Shown here: positions 10,895 to 20,522 of the stretch, piece by piece | Position numbering within the stretch: the stretch's first letter is position 1 | Layout of the letters: each line of letters opens with the position of its first letter | Source: Pseudobdellovibrionaceae bacterium | GTDB taxonomy: Bacteria > Bdellovibrionota > Bdellovibrionia > Bdellovibrionales > Bdellovibrionaceae | Direction: 5' to 3' | Assembly: GCA_043730825.1 (NCBI GenBank) | Contig: JAYTJV010000005.1 | Location: 4,402 to 68,401 of the forward strand | DNA length: 64,000 nucleotides | Made by a program: the position numbers and the translations under genes | Notes under the pieces: model-generated | Databases searched by the model: none | What the model saw: only the letters and a program-made list of their open reading frames with translations | What the model was told of the DNA's origin: nothing

Positions 10895-11965
10895 CTACAG
10901 GCTTGCGTCGACAGGGGCATTATCAGAAAGATTCGTAGTCGAAAAGCCCAATGATGCTAAAACTAATTGGGCTTGATTTAGAGCGCCCACGATATTTCGT
11001 GAATCTTGAATTGTGCTTGAACCAATCCACATATTTTCTAGATCTGGCCACGATTGATTTGCATTTAATTTTAAATCAAAGCTTCCGCCAAAATTGGGTT
11101 GAACGCTTATTTTTTCCAAAGTCTTTTCGTTTAGTGAATCTGGGTAAGCTCGCTTAATTTGTTTCTTTATTCTTTTTAAAGCCTGTCCTACAACTTCAGC
11201 GTCTTCCGCCTCTTCGTCTGGAACAAATGTCATCCACGTGCTTGTTGTGCCTTGGAACTGACCAACACATGTTACGATTTCGTCTTGTGATGAGCCGATA
11301 AGGACGTGGTATGCTGAGTTTTCAGTGACTCCAGCTTCGTGATCTAACTGCAAAGTAGCCCGTGTCCAAGTTTTTGTTTTTGTAATCTTGGTTTGGAGTT
11401 TGTTTGGAATTAAATCTGTGGGCATAAGTCGGTTTAATGATTTTACATCACCGCAATAAATGAAATTGTGGCCCTGAACTTTTTTTGTTCCATTTACGAG
11501 AACGTGTTGAATGCGACCGTTTTCTGCTACGAATTTTGTAACGATTGATCGCGGAGCAAACGTTCCTTTAAATTTTTCTAAGAGTCTTTGAATCCAAATT
11601 GTTGGATGCGCCTTTAATTCGAAATATTGCGAAGAGCAGTAGTAAGCCATCTCGTCGTAAAATTCTGGAGTTTTTTCCCCGAAGCCCATGAATGATTTGA
11701 ACATTCCTTCATCATAAGTGACGGGCGAAAGTTCTTTGATAGGACCTGTGATTTTGATTCCTGTTAGGTCTTCTAAGAAAAGAAGACCTTTTTCTGCTGA
11801 AGGGGTTGCGGGAACTGCCGCTAAGTGAGGCTTTCTAAGCCAGCCACCAGCAACTTCAGCTGCGTCTAGTAAAAGAACGCGACTTGTTTCTTGTGAAAGT
11901 CTTGTGGCGATCGAAAGACCTGATAACCCGCTGCCTATAACTACATAATCATAAATAGAACTCAT
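10895..11965 (-). CDS. NAD(P)/FAD-dependent oxidoreductase
   Basis: Rossmann dinucleotide-binding N-terminus YDYVVIGSGLSGLSIA...LLLDAAEVAGG. Confidence 0.75.
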   Translation of the reverse strand: MSSIYDYVVIGSGLSGLSIATRLSQETSRVLLLDAAEVAGGWLRKPHLAAVPATPSAEKGLLFLEDLTGIKITGPIKELSPVTYDEGMFKSFMGFGEKTPEFYDEMAYYCSSQYFELKAHPTIWIQRLLEKFKGTFAPRSIVTKFVAENGRIQHVLVNGTKKVQGHNFIYCGDVKSLNRLMPTDLIPNKLQTKITKTKTWTRATLQLDHEAGVTENSAYHVLIGSSQDEIVTCVGQFQGTTSTWMTFVPDEEAEDAEVVGQALKRIKKQIKRAYPDSLNEKTLEKISVQPNFGGSFDLKLNANQSWPDLENMWIGSSTIQDSRNIVGALNQAQLVLASLGFSTTNLSDNAPVDASL

Positions 11966-12015
11966 GAGGAAATCCTTATCAACACAGCAATTCTTGGCAA
12001 GTAGTTTACTCAGAA

Positions 12016-12855
12016 TTAGCTAACGCATTTGATCAATAGCTTAAGAAAGGCTCTTACCATCGGTTTTAGATAAGATTTTCTGTCTAAAAAACCAGCTATG
12101 CGAGGAGAATACTTATAATACTCTTTAACAAAAAGTCGACCATATTTAAAGCGCTTCAGCTTGTGATCTCGAAAGTGTCTCAACATTTGAACCTCCGGAT
12201 GAAGTGTTCCCTCGAAAGCAGACGTTGCAATGAAGCAGCGAGGTCTTTCGTTTGAAGCATTTTTTAAAAACGATTTAAATGCTGTGGGATTTTTAGCTTG
12301 TTTTACGAAAGCTTCTGCGCGCTTCATAATATCTGGAAATATCGGAGTAAATCGAACAAACAGTGCTAATTGCTTGGAAGCAATGGCTTGGCGATCTCCG
12401 TATTTTGAGCTCGTGTCATAGATCCGCAGTAAGTCCCAGTAGACAGATGTCACAACTGTGAGTTCTTCAGTCCGAGCTGATTCTTTGAAATGATCTGGAA
12501 CTAAGTTCTTACCCTTCTCGACATTAAAAACGATTTCTAAAATTTTTAAATATTTTTCGTAAAATATTGCAGCTTCTGAATACTTTTTTTGATTCATCAT
12601 CTGTCGGCCATTTTTCACAAGTGAAACGCGGCCTTTCCAAAGCTGAAGTCGATGCTGGTCTTTTGCTTTTTCTTGCGCCATTAAAATGCCGCCAGCACCG
12701 GCGCCAGAGCTTGCAACTTTGCGAAGATCAGTCAAACACGACATGCAAACTTGCGTTGATGTTGTTTCACCAAGCTCATTTAATCTTTGCAATAAAGGAC
12801 CATCAACTCCGTGAAGATCGATAACTTGAAGGCTGCAACGGGGACAAGTAACCAT
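12016..12855 (-). CDS. hypothetical zinc-ribbon protein with C-terminal CFIATSAF...LRHFRD motif
   Basis: N-terminal CPRC...CMSC Cys pairs, a helical TPR-like middle, and a C-terminal CFIATSAFEGTLHPEVQMLRHFRDHKL segment. Confidence 0.6.
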   Translation of the reverse strand: MVTCPRCSLQVIDLHGVDGPLLQRLNELGETTSTQVCMSCLTDLRKVASSGAGAGGILMAQEKAKDQHRLQLWKGRVSLVKNGRQMMNQKKYSEAAIFYEKYLKILEIVFNVEKGKNLVPDHFKESARTEELTVVTSVYWDLLRIYDTSSKYGDRQAIASKQLALFVRFTPIFPDIMKRAEAFVKQAKNPTAFKSFLKNASNERPRCFIATSAFEGTLHPEVQMLRHFRDHKLKRFKYGRLFVKEYYKYSPRIAGFLDRKSYLKPMVRAFLKLLIKCVS

Positions 12856-12869
12856 ATTGATTATTATGC

Positions 12870-14894
12870 TTAAAGTAATTGGAGGGGGTCAATATCCACG
12901 ATGATCCGACATTTCGACGGGATCCAGGATTCATCACCAAGTAACTGCCTGATAAACTTACTTAAAACAGGCTTTTGCGCACCTTTAAGTAGAATATAAT
13001 AACGATATTGGTTTTTGAGTTTTGCCATTGGCGCTTCTGCAGGACCTAAAACTTCAAGACCTTTGTAGGGCTCAAATTGGTTCTGCAAAGCTCTAGCGCG
13101 CGACCCCACGTGCTGAGCAAGCTGATAAGCCTTCGAATGTTCGCTTGATTGAATTCTGATACTAATCAAATTTCCATGCGGAGGATAAAGAAGTGATTGT
13201 CTGTGAATCAATTCCTGATTTGCAAAACCTTCGTAGTCATGTTTTATAGCGAAGGCTAAACTTTCGTGTTCAGGATTAAAAGTTTGAATGACGACTTCAC
13301 CTTTAGAGTCTTTTAATTCGAGTGACCGTCCAGGTCTTCCACCCATCTGAACCATCAACTGAAAATTTCTTTCAGTGCAGCGGAAGTCAGGCATGTTGAA
13401 ACCGATATCTGCTAAGACAAGTCCTACGAGCTTCAATCGTGGAAAGTCCAAACCTTTGGCAATCATCTGTGTTCCTACTAAAATATCAACAGCTCCTGTT
13501 TCCATTTCATTTACAAAATTTTCCAAATCTTCGCGAGATTGAATTTCATCGCGGTCGGCGCGGAGGATTTTTTTATCAGGAAATAATTTTCTTAAATCAT
13601 TTTCTAATTTTTCTGTACCTAAACCGACAGCTGAAAAATCGCCGACTTTGCAGGAGGAACATTTCATTTTATAATTTTCGTGATAGTCGCAGTAGTGACA
13701 AACCAGATGCGATTTCCCGTGGAGCGTCAGATGAATGTCACAATTTGGACATTCCGAACTATAGCCGCAAGAATTACACATCACCACGTGGGCCATTCCG
13801 CGACGATTTAAAAATAATGCCGTTTGATAACCTTCGTCTAGGGTAGTTTGCATTTTTTCGTAAAGAACTTTAGATAACCAAGAGGGCACTAGTGGATTTG
13901 CGTGCGGGGTATCCTTTTCAAGTTTTAAATCAACGATTTGAACATTCGGTAAATGGCTTGTGTGGACTCTTTTTTTAAGTTGATGTAGTTGATATTTTCC
14001 GTTTTTTCCATTGTGCCAGCTTTCAAGGCTAGGCGTAGCAGAGCCTAACAGCACGGGACAATTGTGAAAATATCCCAGCATGACCGCGGCATCCCTGGCA
14101 TGATATTTTAGTTTTTCATCCTGCTTGTAACTTGATTCGTGTTCTTCATCTACAATTATAAGTCCTAAATTTTTTTGCGGACAAAACAGAGCGGACCTTG
14201 CGCCAATTAGAATGGGCCTTTTACCCTCGACAACATCCCACCATTGAGTCGTTTTTTCCCTGTCAGTTAATTGCGAATGGAGAGCTGCGATCTTATTGCC
14301 AAATCGTCTGGCAAACCTGTGAACCAATTGAGGAGTTAAAGAGATTTCTGGGACTAAAACTAAAACCGTTTTACCTTCATTAATCGTTTTTTCAATAAGC
14401 CTAAGATAAATTTCTGTTTTACCGGAACCGGTTACTCCGTGAATTAAGTGTGCGCGGAATTTATTTTGCTTAGATATTTCATCAACGACTTTAAATTGTT
14501 CATCTGTTAATTGTGGTGGAACATCACTGGCCAAAACGGGGATGACGGGAGCTCTCTTGGATTTGCGAACTTTTTCAGTTCGCTTAAGTGGGGGACGTGA
14601 TGATTCAGCAACTAGTCCTAAAGGGTAAACATAATAGTCTGAAAGCCATTCGAGCCATTTCACAAAGGGTTCATGGAGGAGAGGCAATTCTTCATCTAAG
14701 TTTTTAATGGATTTCATTTTGAAAGTTTCGACTTCTGCCTTTTCGGCAGTGCCTAGAACAAGTCCCATCGATGAGCGTTTTCCCAAAGGAACATGGACCC
14801 AGCGACCTCTTTCCAAATTTTCAGAGTATGTATAAGTCAGAGGCTCTTTTAAAGGAGCCTCTACAGCCACGCGCCAGAGCTTTTCTTGTATCAA
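12870..14894 (-). CDS. priA: primosomal protein N' (replication restart helicase PriA)
   Basis: Walker A GVTGSGKTEIY, DEEH box (VDEEHE), and a Cys-rich zinc module CNSCGYSSECPNCDIHLTLHGKSHLVCHYCDY. Confidence 0.9.
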   Translation of the reverse strand: MIQEKLWRVAVEAPLKEPLTYTYSENLERGRWVHVPLGKRSSMGLVLGTAEKAEVETFKMKSIKNLDEELPLLHEPFVKWLEWLSDYYVYPLGLVAESSRPPLKRTEKVRKSKRAPVIPVLASDVPPQLTDEQFKVVDEISKQNKFRAHLIHGVTGSGKTEIYLRLIEKTINEGKTVLVLVPEISLTPQLVHRFARRFGNKIAALHSQLTDREKTTQWWDVVEGKRPILIGARSALFCPQKNLGLIIVDEEHESSYKQDEKLKYHARDAAVMLGYFHNCPVLLGSATPSLESWHNGKNGKYQLHQLKKRVHTSHLPNVQIVDLKLEKDTPHANPLVPSWLSKVLYEKMQTTLDEGYQTALFLNRRGMAHVVMCNSCGYSSECPNCDIHLTLHGKSHLVCHYCDYHENYKMKCSSCKVGDFSAVGLGTEKLENDLRKLFPDKKILRADRDEIQSREDLENFVNEMETGAVDILVGTQMIAKGLDFPRLKLVGLVLADIGFNMPDFRCTERNFQLMVQMGGRPGRSLELKDSKGEVVIQTFNPEHESLAFAIKHDYEGFANQELIHRQSLLYPPHGNLISIRIQSSEHSKAYQLAQHVGSRARALQNQFEPYKGLEVLGPAEAPMAKLKNQYRYYILLKGAQKPVLSKFIRQLLGDESWIPSKCRIIVDIDPLQLL

Positions 14895-15688
14895 CGAAAC
14901 CTCTTGTAAAACTCCATTACAGCATTCCAGCGAGAAAAATTCGTCTGAAAGTTTTTTGAATCTTCAAGATTAGTGGATTGAAAGACCGTCGGCGGAAAGG
15001 CTTTTACCATTGTCACGGAAAGCGTATTCATCCGAACTTTTTGATCGGCCCAGACTAAATTTGTAACCATTGGGTAATTCAAACCTTTAGGAAAAATTTG
15101 ATAATTATTAGCAGTCATTTCTGTGTCTTGAGAAAAACGAACACGCTTTACCACAAAGGCATCTTGTTCAATCCATACATAAGGCGCTGTACCCTTGGTG
15201 CCCTCTTCGCCTGGTTTTCCCAGGCCAAAATTAATCACGCCTTGTGACCGATTTAATCGAGCTAAATCCAAATTACCTTGGGTTGAATTGAGAACTCCCA
15301 GTTTATTTAGATGTTGAGCGAGGCTGTCGACTCTTTTGAAATGAAAAAATTGTTCAGGCATTTCTTCAGGAACTTTTCCAGTTTCCTTCGAGGTGCCAGA
15401 TAAAGTGTATTTTACACCGGCAACATAGAGAGCAGTATATTTTGGATTCACAGTTCCAGCAGCAGCGGGAGCTAGTAAAGTAACTGTTAATCGAATCGTT
15501 TTATTATTCGCAACATACCAAGTCTCTTTGAGGGCCGGAATTTCTGGATTTGAAAAGCGAATCTCTTTTTCAATTTGATAAGACGCAGTTCCAGAATTTT
15601 CGATCGTTTTTTCTAAGATTACTCGTGTAGGTGGAACGTAAGCGTTTGCAAACATGCCACAAAACAGAATGAACGAAATCAATTTCAT
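14891..15688 (-). CDS. secreted hypothetical protein
   Basis: Signal peptide MKLISFILFCGMFANA. The ATG at 15688 overlaps the galU stop as ATGA, and the 3' end overlaps the priA start by 4 nt. Confidence 0.6.
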   Translation of the reverse strand: MKLISFILFCGMFANAYVPPTRVILEKTIENSGTASYQIEKEIRFSNPEIPALKETWYVANNKTIRLTVTLLAPAAAGTVNPKYTALYVAGVKYTLSGTSKETGKVPEEMPEQFFHFKRVDSLAQHLNKLGVLNSTQGNLDLARLNRSQGVINFGLGKPGEEGTKGTAPYVWIEQDAFVVKRVRFSQDTEMTANNYQIFPKGLNYPMVTNLVWADQKVRMNTLSVTMVKAFPPTVFQSTNLEDSKNFQTNFSRWNAVMEFYKRFR

Positions 15689-16572
15689 TTTCCCCAACCT
15701 TTTACAGTCTCTAACAAATATGACCTAAATGGTCCTTCAAGTTCAGGATTCATTAAAGCAAGTTCGACCGTCGCTTTCAAGTATCCAAGCTTATCACCGG
15801 CGTCGAATCTTTTAGTAGTAAAAGTCAGTGCTTCCATCCCTTTATGCGCGATGAGACTAATCATAGAATCAGTTAATTGGATTTCTCCCCCCATGCCAGG
15901 CTTGCCATTTTTGAGTTCCTCAAAAATCTGAGCATCAAATACATAACGACCGGGCATTGCCATTCTGCTTTTTACTTCTTTAGGATTTGGCTTTTCAACC
16001 ACAGATAAAACTTTATAGCGAGAACCTTCAATATGTTTAACTTCGGCGATTCCATATTTTGAAACATCTTCTTCTGAAACCTCCATTATTGAAACAGAAG
16101 ACACCCCATTATTTGCGTAATTTTCTACCAATTGCGAAGTGACTGTTTTTTGTCCATTACGGCTAACTGTGATTTCATCACCAAGCAAAACTGCAAAAGG
16201 TTCATTTCCAACAATTGGTTTTCCACAGTAAACAGCATGCCCTAAGCCTAAAGCTTGCTTCTGACGAATACTGATAATATTCGCCGTGTTTCTGATTTTA
16301 GTCAGGCGATCAAGAAGGTTCAATTTTCCTGAATGGGCTAATTTATCTTCGAGTTCATAAGAGGTATCAAAAAAATCTTCAATAGCATGCTTACCCCGAC
16401 CCGCTATAAGTATAATATCTTCGATTCCTGCTTCGATAGCCTCTTCGACTACATAAAGAATCGTTGGAGCATCAACGAGGTTTAACATTTCTTTAGGAAC
16501 CGTTTTAGTGGCCGGGAGAAAACGAGTACCTAGACCTGCGGCTGGAATAATAGCTTTTTTTACTTGTGACAT
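15685..16572 (-). CDS. galU: UTP--glucose-1-phosphate uridylyltransferase
   Basis: KAIIPAAGLGTRFLPATKTVPKEML motif. Start could be the ATG at 16572 (chosen) or at 16596. Confidence 0.85.
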   Translation of the reverse strand: MSQVKKAIIPAAGLGTRFLPATKTVPKEMLNLVDAPTILYVVEEAIEAGIEDIILIAGRGKHAIEDFFDTSYELEDKLAHSGKLNLLDRLTKIRNTANIISIRQKQALGLGHAVYCGKPIVGNEPFAVLLGDEITVSRNGQKTVTSQLVENYANNGVSSVSIMEVSEEDVSKYGIAEVKHIEGSRYKVLSVVEKPNPKEVKSRMAMPGRYVFDAQIFEELKNGKPGMGGEIQLTDSMISLIAHKGMEALTFTTKRFDAGDKLGYLKATVELALMNPELEGPFRSYLLETVKGWGK

Positions 16573-16654
16573 GCCCTTTTTTCTCAAACGTTTCATTTTA
16601 AGACAAGCAACAGATTGTTGGCTGTGCCGCGGCCAAGTATGTTAAGATTTTTAG

Positions 16655-18007
16655 ATGGGGGAACTGCGAGTGAATAAGCGCTTTGCTGCTTTGCTTACGG
16701 GCATTACATTAGTTTTGTTGACCTTCCAGAATTGTGGAAAGTCAGGTTTTCAAACTGTCGATGAAGCAGATTTACTCAGTTCAAGTTTAAATGGCACAAA
16801 TCCCGGCGGAAAAGCGACGGCGCCCATTGCCTACGAAGTTGGCTTAGATTCAATATCTTATAATTCTTGTGTTCCTAACGTAAAAGGTGCACCAACATAT
16901 TTTACTTTAAAAGCAACAGCTGGTGGTACCCGTGGAGGAGTCAGACTTTCACCTGATTTCCTGGCAGCAGCTGGGGGTTCACTTCGCCCTATCTTAGGAA
17001 ATGCTCAAGTCCTAGATGTGCAGTATAAAGAACTTATTGAAAACACGAGCGCAGGTTTAGAAACTCAAGTAGCGTTGAGATCGGTGACAGATTTTAAAGC
17101 TTCTTACACTGGAACTTCTCCAGGTGGAATTTGGGGTTCATTTGATTATTTAGCAGACGATTCTTGGATGACTCCAGTCGTTGAATCGGGTCGACGTGCC
17201 GGAAACGCATTTGTTGGATATTCTAATCGTGCGCCTTCAAACAAATCGCGCCTTGATTTTAGATTTAATCAGGATTTTCCTGCGAGCGATTATTGGAGTT
17301 CCCTTTTAGGGACTCAATCTTTCAGAGCTTGTACTGCTCAGGGCTGTCAGGGATTTGGACAATTTCATATTGCTGTTGGATTTTCTGAAGAAGGAAATAG
17401 AAGCGTCATCAGAAGCCCCATTGCTTACTCTTCTGCTCAGACAAAAGCAGTTGGACGCGGTTATCAATTGCAGTTCGGATATCCAAGCGATGCTCCAGGT
17501 GCTGGAATGAGAGTTCTAAAAGGAATCAATGAATATAATTTAGCAAGTGGTACACCAGTAGTTGAAGGCAACAGCGCTACTCAATGGAGATGTACTGAAA
17601 TTCCTATTATGAGTTCAAGACAAAGAGGACCAGCAATGGCCCCGCAACCAGCTGCGGCGGGTTGTAATCCGATGTCTGGGACTTTTGCTGCCCAATATTA
17701 TTCAGTTATGAACATAGAAAAAATTCGAGAAATCCTTCCGCCAAGTCAATGGGAGTTAGGCTTTCAGAACACTCCGGCTGGATCAAGACTTTGCGTTGTT
17801 CCAACTGGCATGGACTGCTATCCAAATGAAGCATTTCCAAATTACCAAACCGATGGAAGCCAGCGACCATTTCCATACTACGTGCAGTATGACCCAACTC
17901 AAACCTGCATAAATGAAGATAATATGGCAACCGAGCTCACGCGGACGAATGCTGGAGCTATAAACGCGGTATGCGCTCACTATATTACGGTCTGCACCAA
18001 ACAGTAA
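16655..18007 (+). CDS. hypothetical lipoprotein
   Basis: Lipobox-like LLTFQNC after a hydrophobic leader. No recognisable catalytic motif. Confidence 0.6.
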   Translation: MGELRVNKRFAALLTGITLVLLTFQNCGKSGFQTVDEADLLSSSLNGTNPGGKATAPIAYEVGLDSISYNSCVPNVKGAPTYFTLKATAGGTRGGVRLSPDFLAAAGGSLRPILGNAQVLDVQYKELIENTSAGLETQVALRSVTDFKASYTGTSPGGIWGSFDYLADDSWMTPVVESGRRAGNAFVGYSNRAPSNKSRLDFRFNQDFPASDYWSSLLGTQSFRACTAQGCQGFGQFHIAVGFSEEGNRSVIRSPIAYSSAQTKAVGRGYQLQFGYPSDAPGAGMRVLKGINEYNLASGTPVVEGNSATQWRCTEIPIMSSRQRGPAMAPQPAAAGCNPMSGTFAAQYYSVMNIEKIREILPPSQWELGFQNTPAGSRLCVVPTGMDCYPNEAFPNYQTDGSQRPFPYYVQYDPTQTCINEDNMATELTRTNAGAINAVCAHYITVCTKQ

Positions 18008-18052
18008 TTCCTCATTGTAATTTCCGATCAATAAGAGAGATGATTTCTTCCT

Positions 18053-18853
18053 ATGAAGAAACTAACTATTCTTATCATCTTACTTCTGACTTCATTATCT
18101 TTTGCTAATCTTCCAAAAAGTGCGGTTGCCTTAGGTGCGGGCGGAGCCGGTGTTGCGTCTGTCGAACCTGGCGAAGCGAGCTTCATGAATTCTGCAAGCT
18201 TAGTTCACTTAAAAGGCAGACACTTCTACACGAGTTTTCAAAAAGATTTATTTGCGATTAGTTTAACTGAAAACGATCGCGACTCTGCCGTTCCAGGAGC
18301 TTTCAGTTATTTCACCGATAAAGAAATTCAGATGTTTGCTCTCAGTTTGTCTGATTTTATTTATGAAAGAATCGCGTTTGGGGCAACTCTGACTTATTGG
18401 CAAGCGGAATTTGAATTTGAAGTTAAAAGAAAAACTGCAATTAACGGAAACGTCGGGCTTCTTTGGACTCCAATAAATGATTTCGGGATTGGCTTTGCTG
18501 CCGAAAATATTGCCTCAGCAAGCGATGATTTTGAGCGTAATGGTCGTTTGGTTCCGACTTCTCGAATTGGTTTCAACTGGAACTATAAAGAATGGTTTCG
18601 ATGGCGACTAGATTTTGTGACCCAAACGAATAACCGTTGGGATAATTGGATTCCTCAGATGGGTGTTGAGTCTTACACAAGTAAATGGTTCATTTTTCGA
18701 ATTGGCGTAAGTCGCCCCCCAAAATTGAAAGAATCATGGTCAGCGGGCTTTGGCTTCGATTTACCTCGATTTAAGATCGACTATGCATCTCAGTGGCATG
18801 CAGATGGTGGAAATGATCAACGCCATTCCGTTGACTTAAGCATACCCTTTTGA
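18053..18853 (+). CDS. predicted outer-membrane beta-barrel protein
   Basis: Signal peptide MKKLTILIILLLTSLSFA, alternating beta-strand-like pattern, and a C-terminal aromatic residue (..DLSIPF). Confidence 0.6.
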   Translation: MKKLTILIILLLTSLSFANLPKSAVALGAGGAGVASVEPGEASFMNSASLVHLKGRHFYTSFQKDLFAISLTENDRDSAVPGAFSYFTDKEIQMFALSLSDFIYERIAFGATLTYWQAEFEFEVKRKTAINGNVGLLWTPINDFGIGFAAENIASASDDFERNGRLVPTSRIGFNWNYKEWFRWRLDFVTQTNNRWDNWIPQMGVESYTSKWFIFRIGVSRPPKLKESWSAGFGFDLPRFKIDYASQWHADGGNDQRHSVDLSIPF

Positions 18854-18912
18854 TAGCAATCACGTTGCTTTTTTGAACTGATCCAAGTTTGGATATTACT
18901 GGAGGACCCCTC

Positions 18913-19041
18913 ATGGCATCTAAAACACGTAAAACTAAAGTTATTCGTAAGAAAAAACTCGCTCGTAAAGGCGTAAAAAGAAAAGCTGCTTTAAGAAGCA
19001 AAGGGACTACTCCTAAGAAAAAAGCCCTTTTTCAAGACTAA
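18913..19041 (+). CDS. unannotated 42-aa highly basic small protein (MASKTRKTKVIRKKKLARKGVKRKAALRSKGTTPKKKALFQD)
   Basis: GGAGGA at 18901-18906, a 6-nt spacer, ATG at 18913, TAA at 19039-19041. 18 of 42 residues are Lys/Arg. Below the 60-aa cutoff of the ORF track. Confidence 0.45.
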   Translation: MASKTRKTKVIRKKKLARKGVKRKAALRSKGTTPKKKALFQD

Positions 19042-19096
19042 ATTTCCTGAACAATTAGGATAGCTTAGCTTACAATTGCGCTTTGTAAGCTAAATT

Positions 19097-20365
19097 CTAT
19101 GGAGCCTTGCCGACTTTTCTTCTTAAGAAGGCAGGCATTTCTTGCGGCCCACCTTTTAGATTCCAATTAAATGGTAATTCGACTGAACCTTCTTGGCCTG
19201 GATGAAACTTCCACTGCTTTAATGCTTTCAAAGTTTTTGCGTCTAAATTGCGATGTCCAGAAGACTTCAACAATTTAAAGTCTGTTAATTGACCTTCCTG
19301 AGTAACAAAAGCCTGAAAGACAACGATCCCCATGTGACCCTTAAGTCGTTCTTGAGAATCATATTGAGGTTTTGGATTACCGGGCATTTGGCGAAGTTGT
19401 TCTAGAGCTCTAACGTCTGAACTGATTTCGCCTGGGCCTGCGTTTTTTTCTCCAGAACCATCTAGAGTTTTTTCAGCTGGAACAGCAGATTCTGCAGCGG
19501 CGGCAGTAGCAGCTTGTTCTGCGGCTGCATTTTCATCGGCAGCAAGTTTTGCAGCTTGAGCCTCTTCTTCCGCAGCTAGTTTCGTTTCTTGGGCTTTTTC
19601 TTCTGCGGCTAATTTTGCGGACTCTGCTTTCTCAGCTTCTTGAGATGCGGCTTTCGTAGCAGCAAGTGCTGCAACAGCTTTCGCGGCTTCTTCTTTTTTC
19701 AAAGCGTCAGTGCGAGCTTTAATTTTGGCAGCTGTGGCCTGTTCTTCTAATTTAAGTTTTTGCTCTGCTAATTTTGCTGACTCAGCTAGAGCTTTTTCGG
19801 CCTTATCAGCTTCTTCTTTGATTTTAGCTGATTCATTTTGAACTTCTTGGTCGTTCTGTGCGTCTACCTGATTTAGATTTTGATCAACTTCTTGCGGATC
19901 TACTTGTGGAGCCGCTACTTTTTGGGCGACTACTGGAATTGGTTTAGGCGCTTCTTGCACAATCGGAGATGGAGCAGCTGTAGGTTTTGTAACTGGAGCC
20001 AGGACTGGGGCAGCCGCTTGGATGGGTTTTGCGGCCTCTACGGTAACAGGTTCCGCAGCAGCTGGTTCAGTTTCAACAGCTGGTGCTTGGGTCGATGCGA
20101 CGGTCGCAACTTGCTCTGGGGCTGAAGCATATTCCGGAGCAGAATTTGCTTCAACTGGTGCTGCGAAATCAATTACAACTAAGTCTTTTTCAGTTTCAGT
20201 CTCAGTTGCGGGAACGTGATTTGTTATTATGATTGCTGACGCGGCCATGATGTGGAAAAGGCCTGATGTGATAATAAATCGACCGAAAGACTTCTGTGCA
20301 GTCTTTGAAGGCGCTTTAGATTCAACAGCGCTATTTTCTTTATTAATTTCCATATCTAGTTTCAT
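19097..20365 (-). CDS. TonB/TolA-like energy-transducer protein
   Basis: N-terminal TM anchor, a Pro/Ala-rich spacer, a long Ala/Glu/Lys helical repeat region (KLAAEEKAQETKLAAEEEAQAAKLAADE), and a TonB-C-like end (GIVVFQAFVTQEGQLTDFKLLKSSGHRNLDAKTLKALKQWKFHP). Confidence 0.7.
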   Translation of the reverse strand: MKLDMEINKENSAVESKAPSKTAQKSFGRFIITSGLFHIMAASAIIITNHVPATETETEKDLVVIDFAAPVEANSAPEYASAPEQVATVASTQAPAVETEPAAAEPVTVEAAKPIQAAAPVLAPVTKPTAAPSPIVQEAPKPIPVVAQKVAAPQVDPQEVDQNLNQVDAQNDQEVQNESAKIKEEADKAEKALAESAKLAEQKLKLEEQATAAKIKARTDALKKEEAAKAVAALAATKAASQEAEKAESAKLAAEEKAQETKLAAEEEAQAAKLAADENAAAEQAATAAAAESAVPAEKTLDGSGEKNAGPGEISSDVRALEQLRQMPGNPKPQYDSQERLKGHMGIVVFQAFVTQEGQLTDFKLLKSSGHRNLDAKTLKALKQWKFHPGQEGSVELPFNWNLKGGPQEMPAFLRRKVGKAP

Positions 20366-20522
20366 AAAACCCCGCTTTTCAGATACAAGTAGACTTCAAA
20401 ATTGGGGCCTGACTATGGGCACACTAAAGTGAATTGAATTGACCTGAGCAGACATGCATTGAAAATTCTTCCAGAGTGTAATCTTCTTAGGCGGGTGCAG
20501 ATTTCTTCAAACGAGGTTTCAT

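Noticed and set aside
19880-20432. Plus-strand ORFs 19880-20125, 20022-20219 and 20229-20432.
   Set aside because: They lie antisense within or at the edge of the TonB/TolA-like gene. Their Ala/Gly/Ser-rich translations mirror its repeats, and they lack initiation signals.
20440-20470. TGGGCACACTAAAGTG upstream of the ABC ATPase gene, considered as a sigma-54 promoter.
   Set aside because: The GG-N10 position is TG rather than GC, and the -12 region lacks TTGC.
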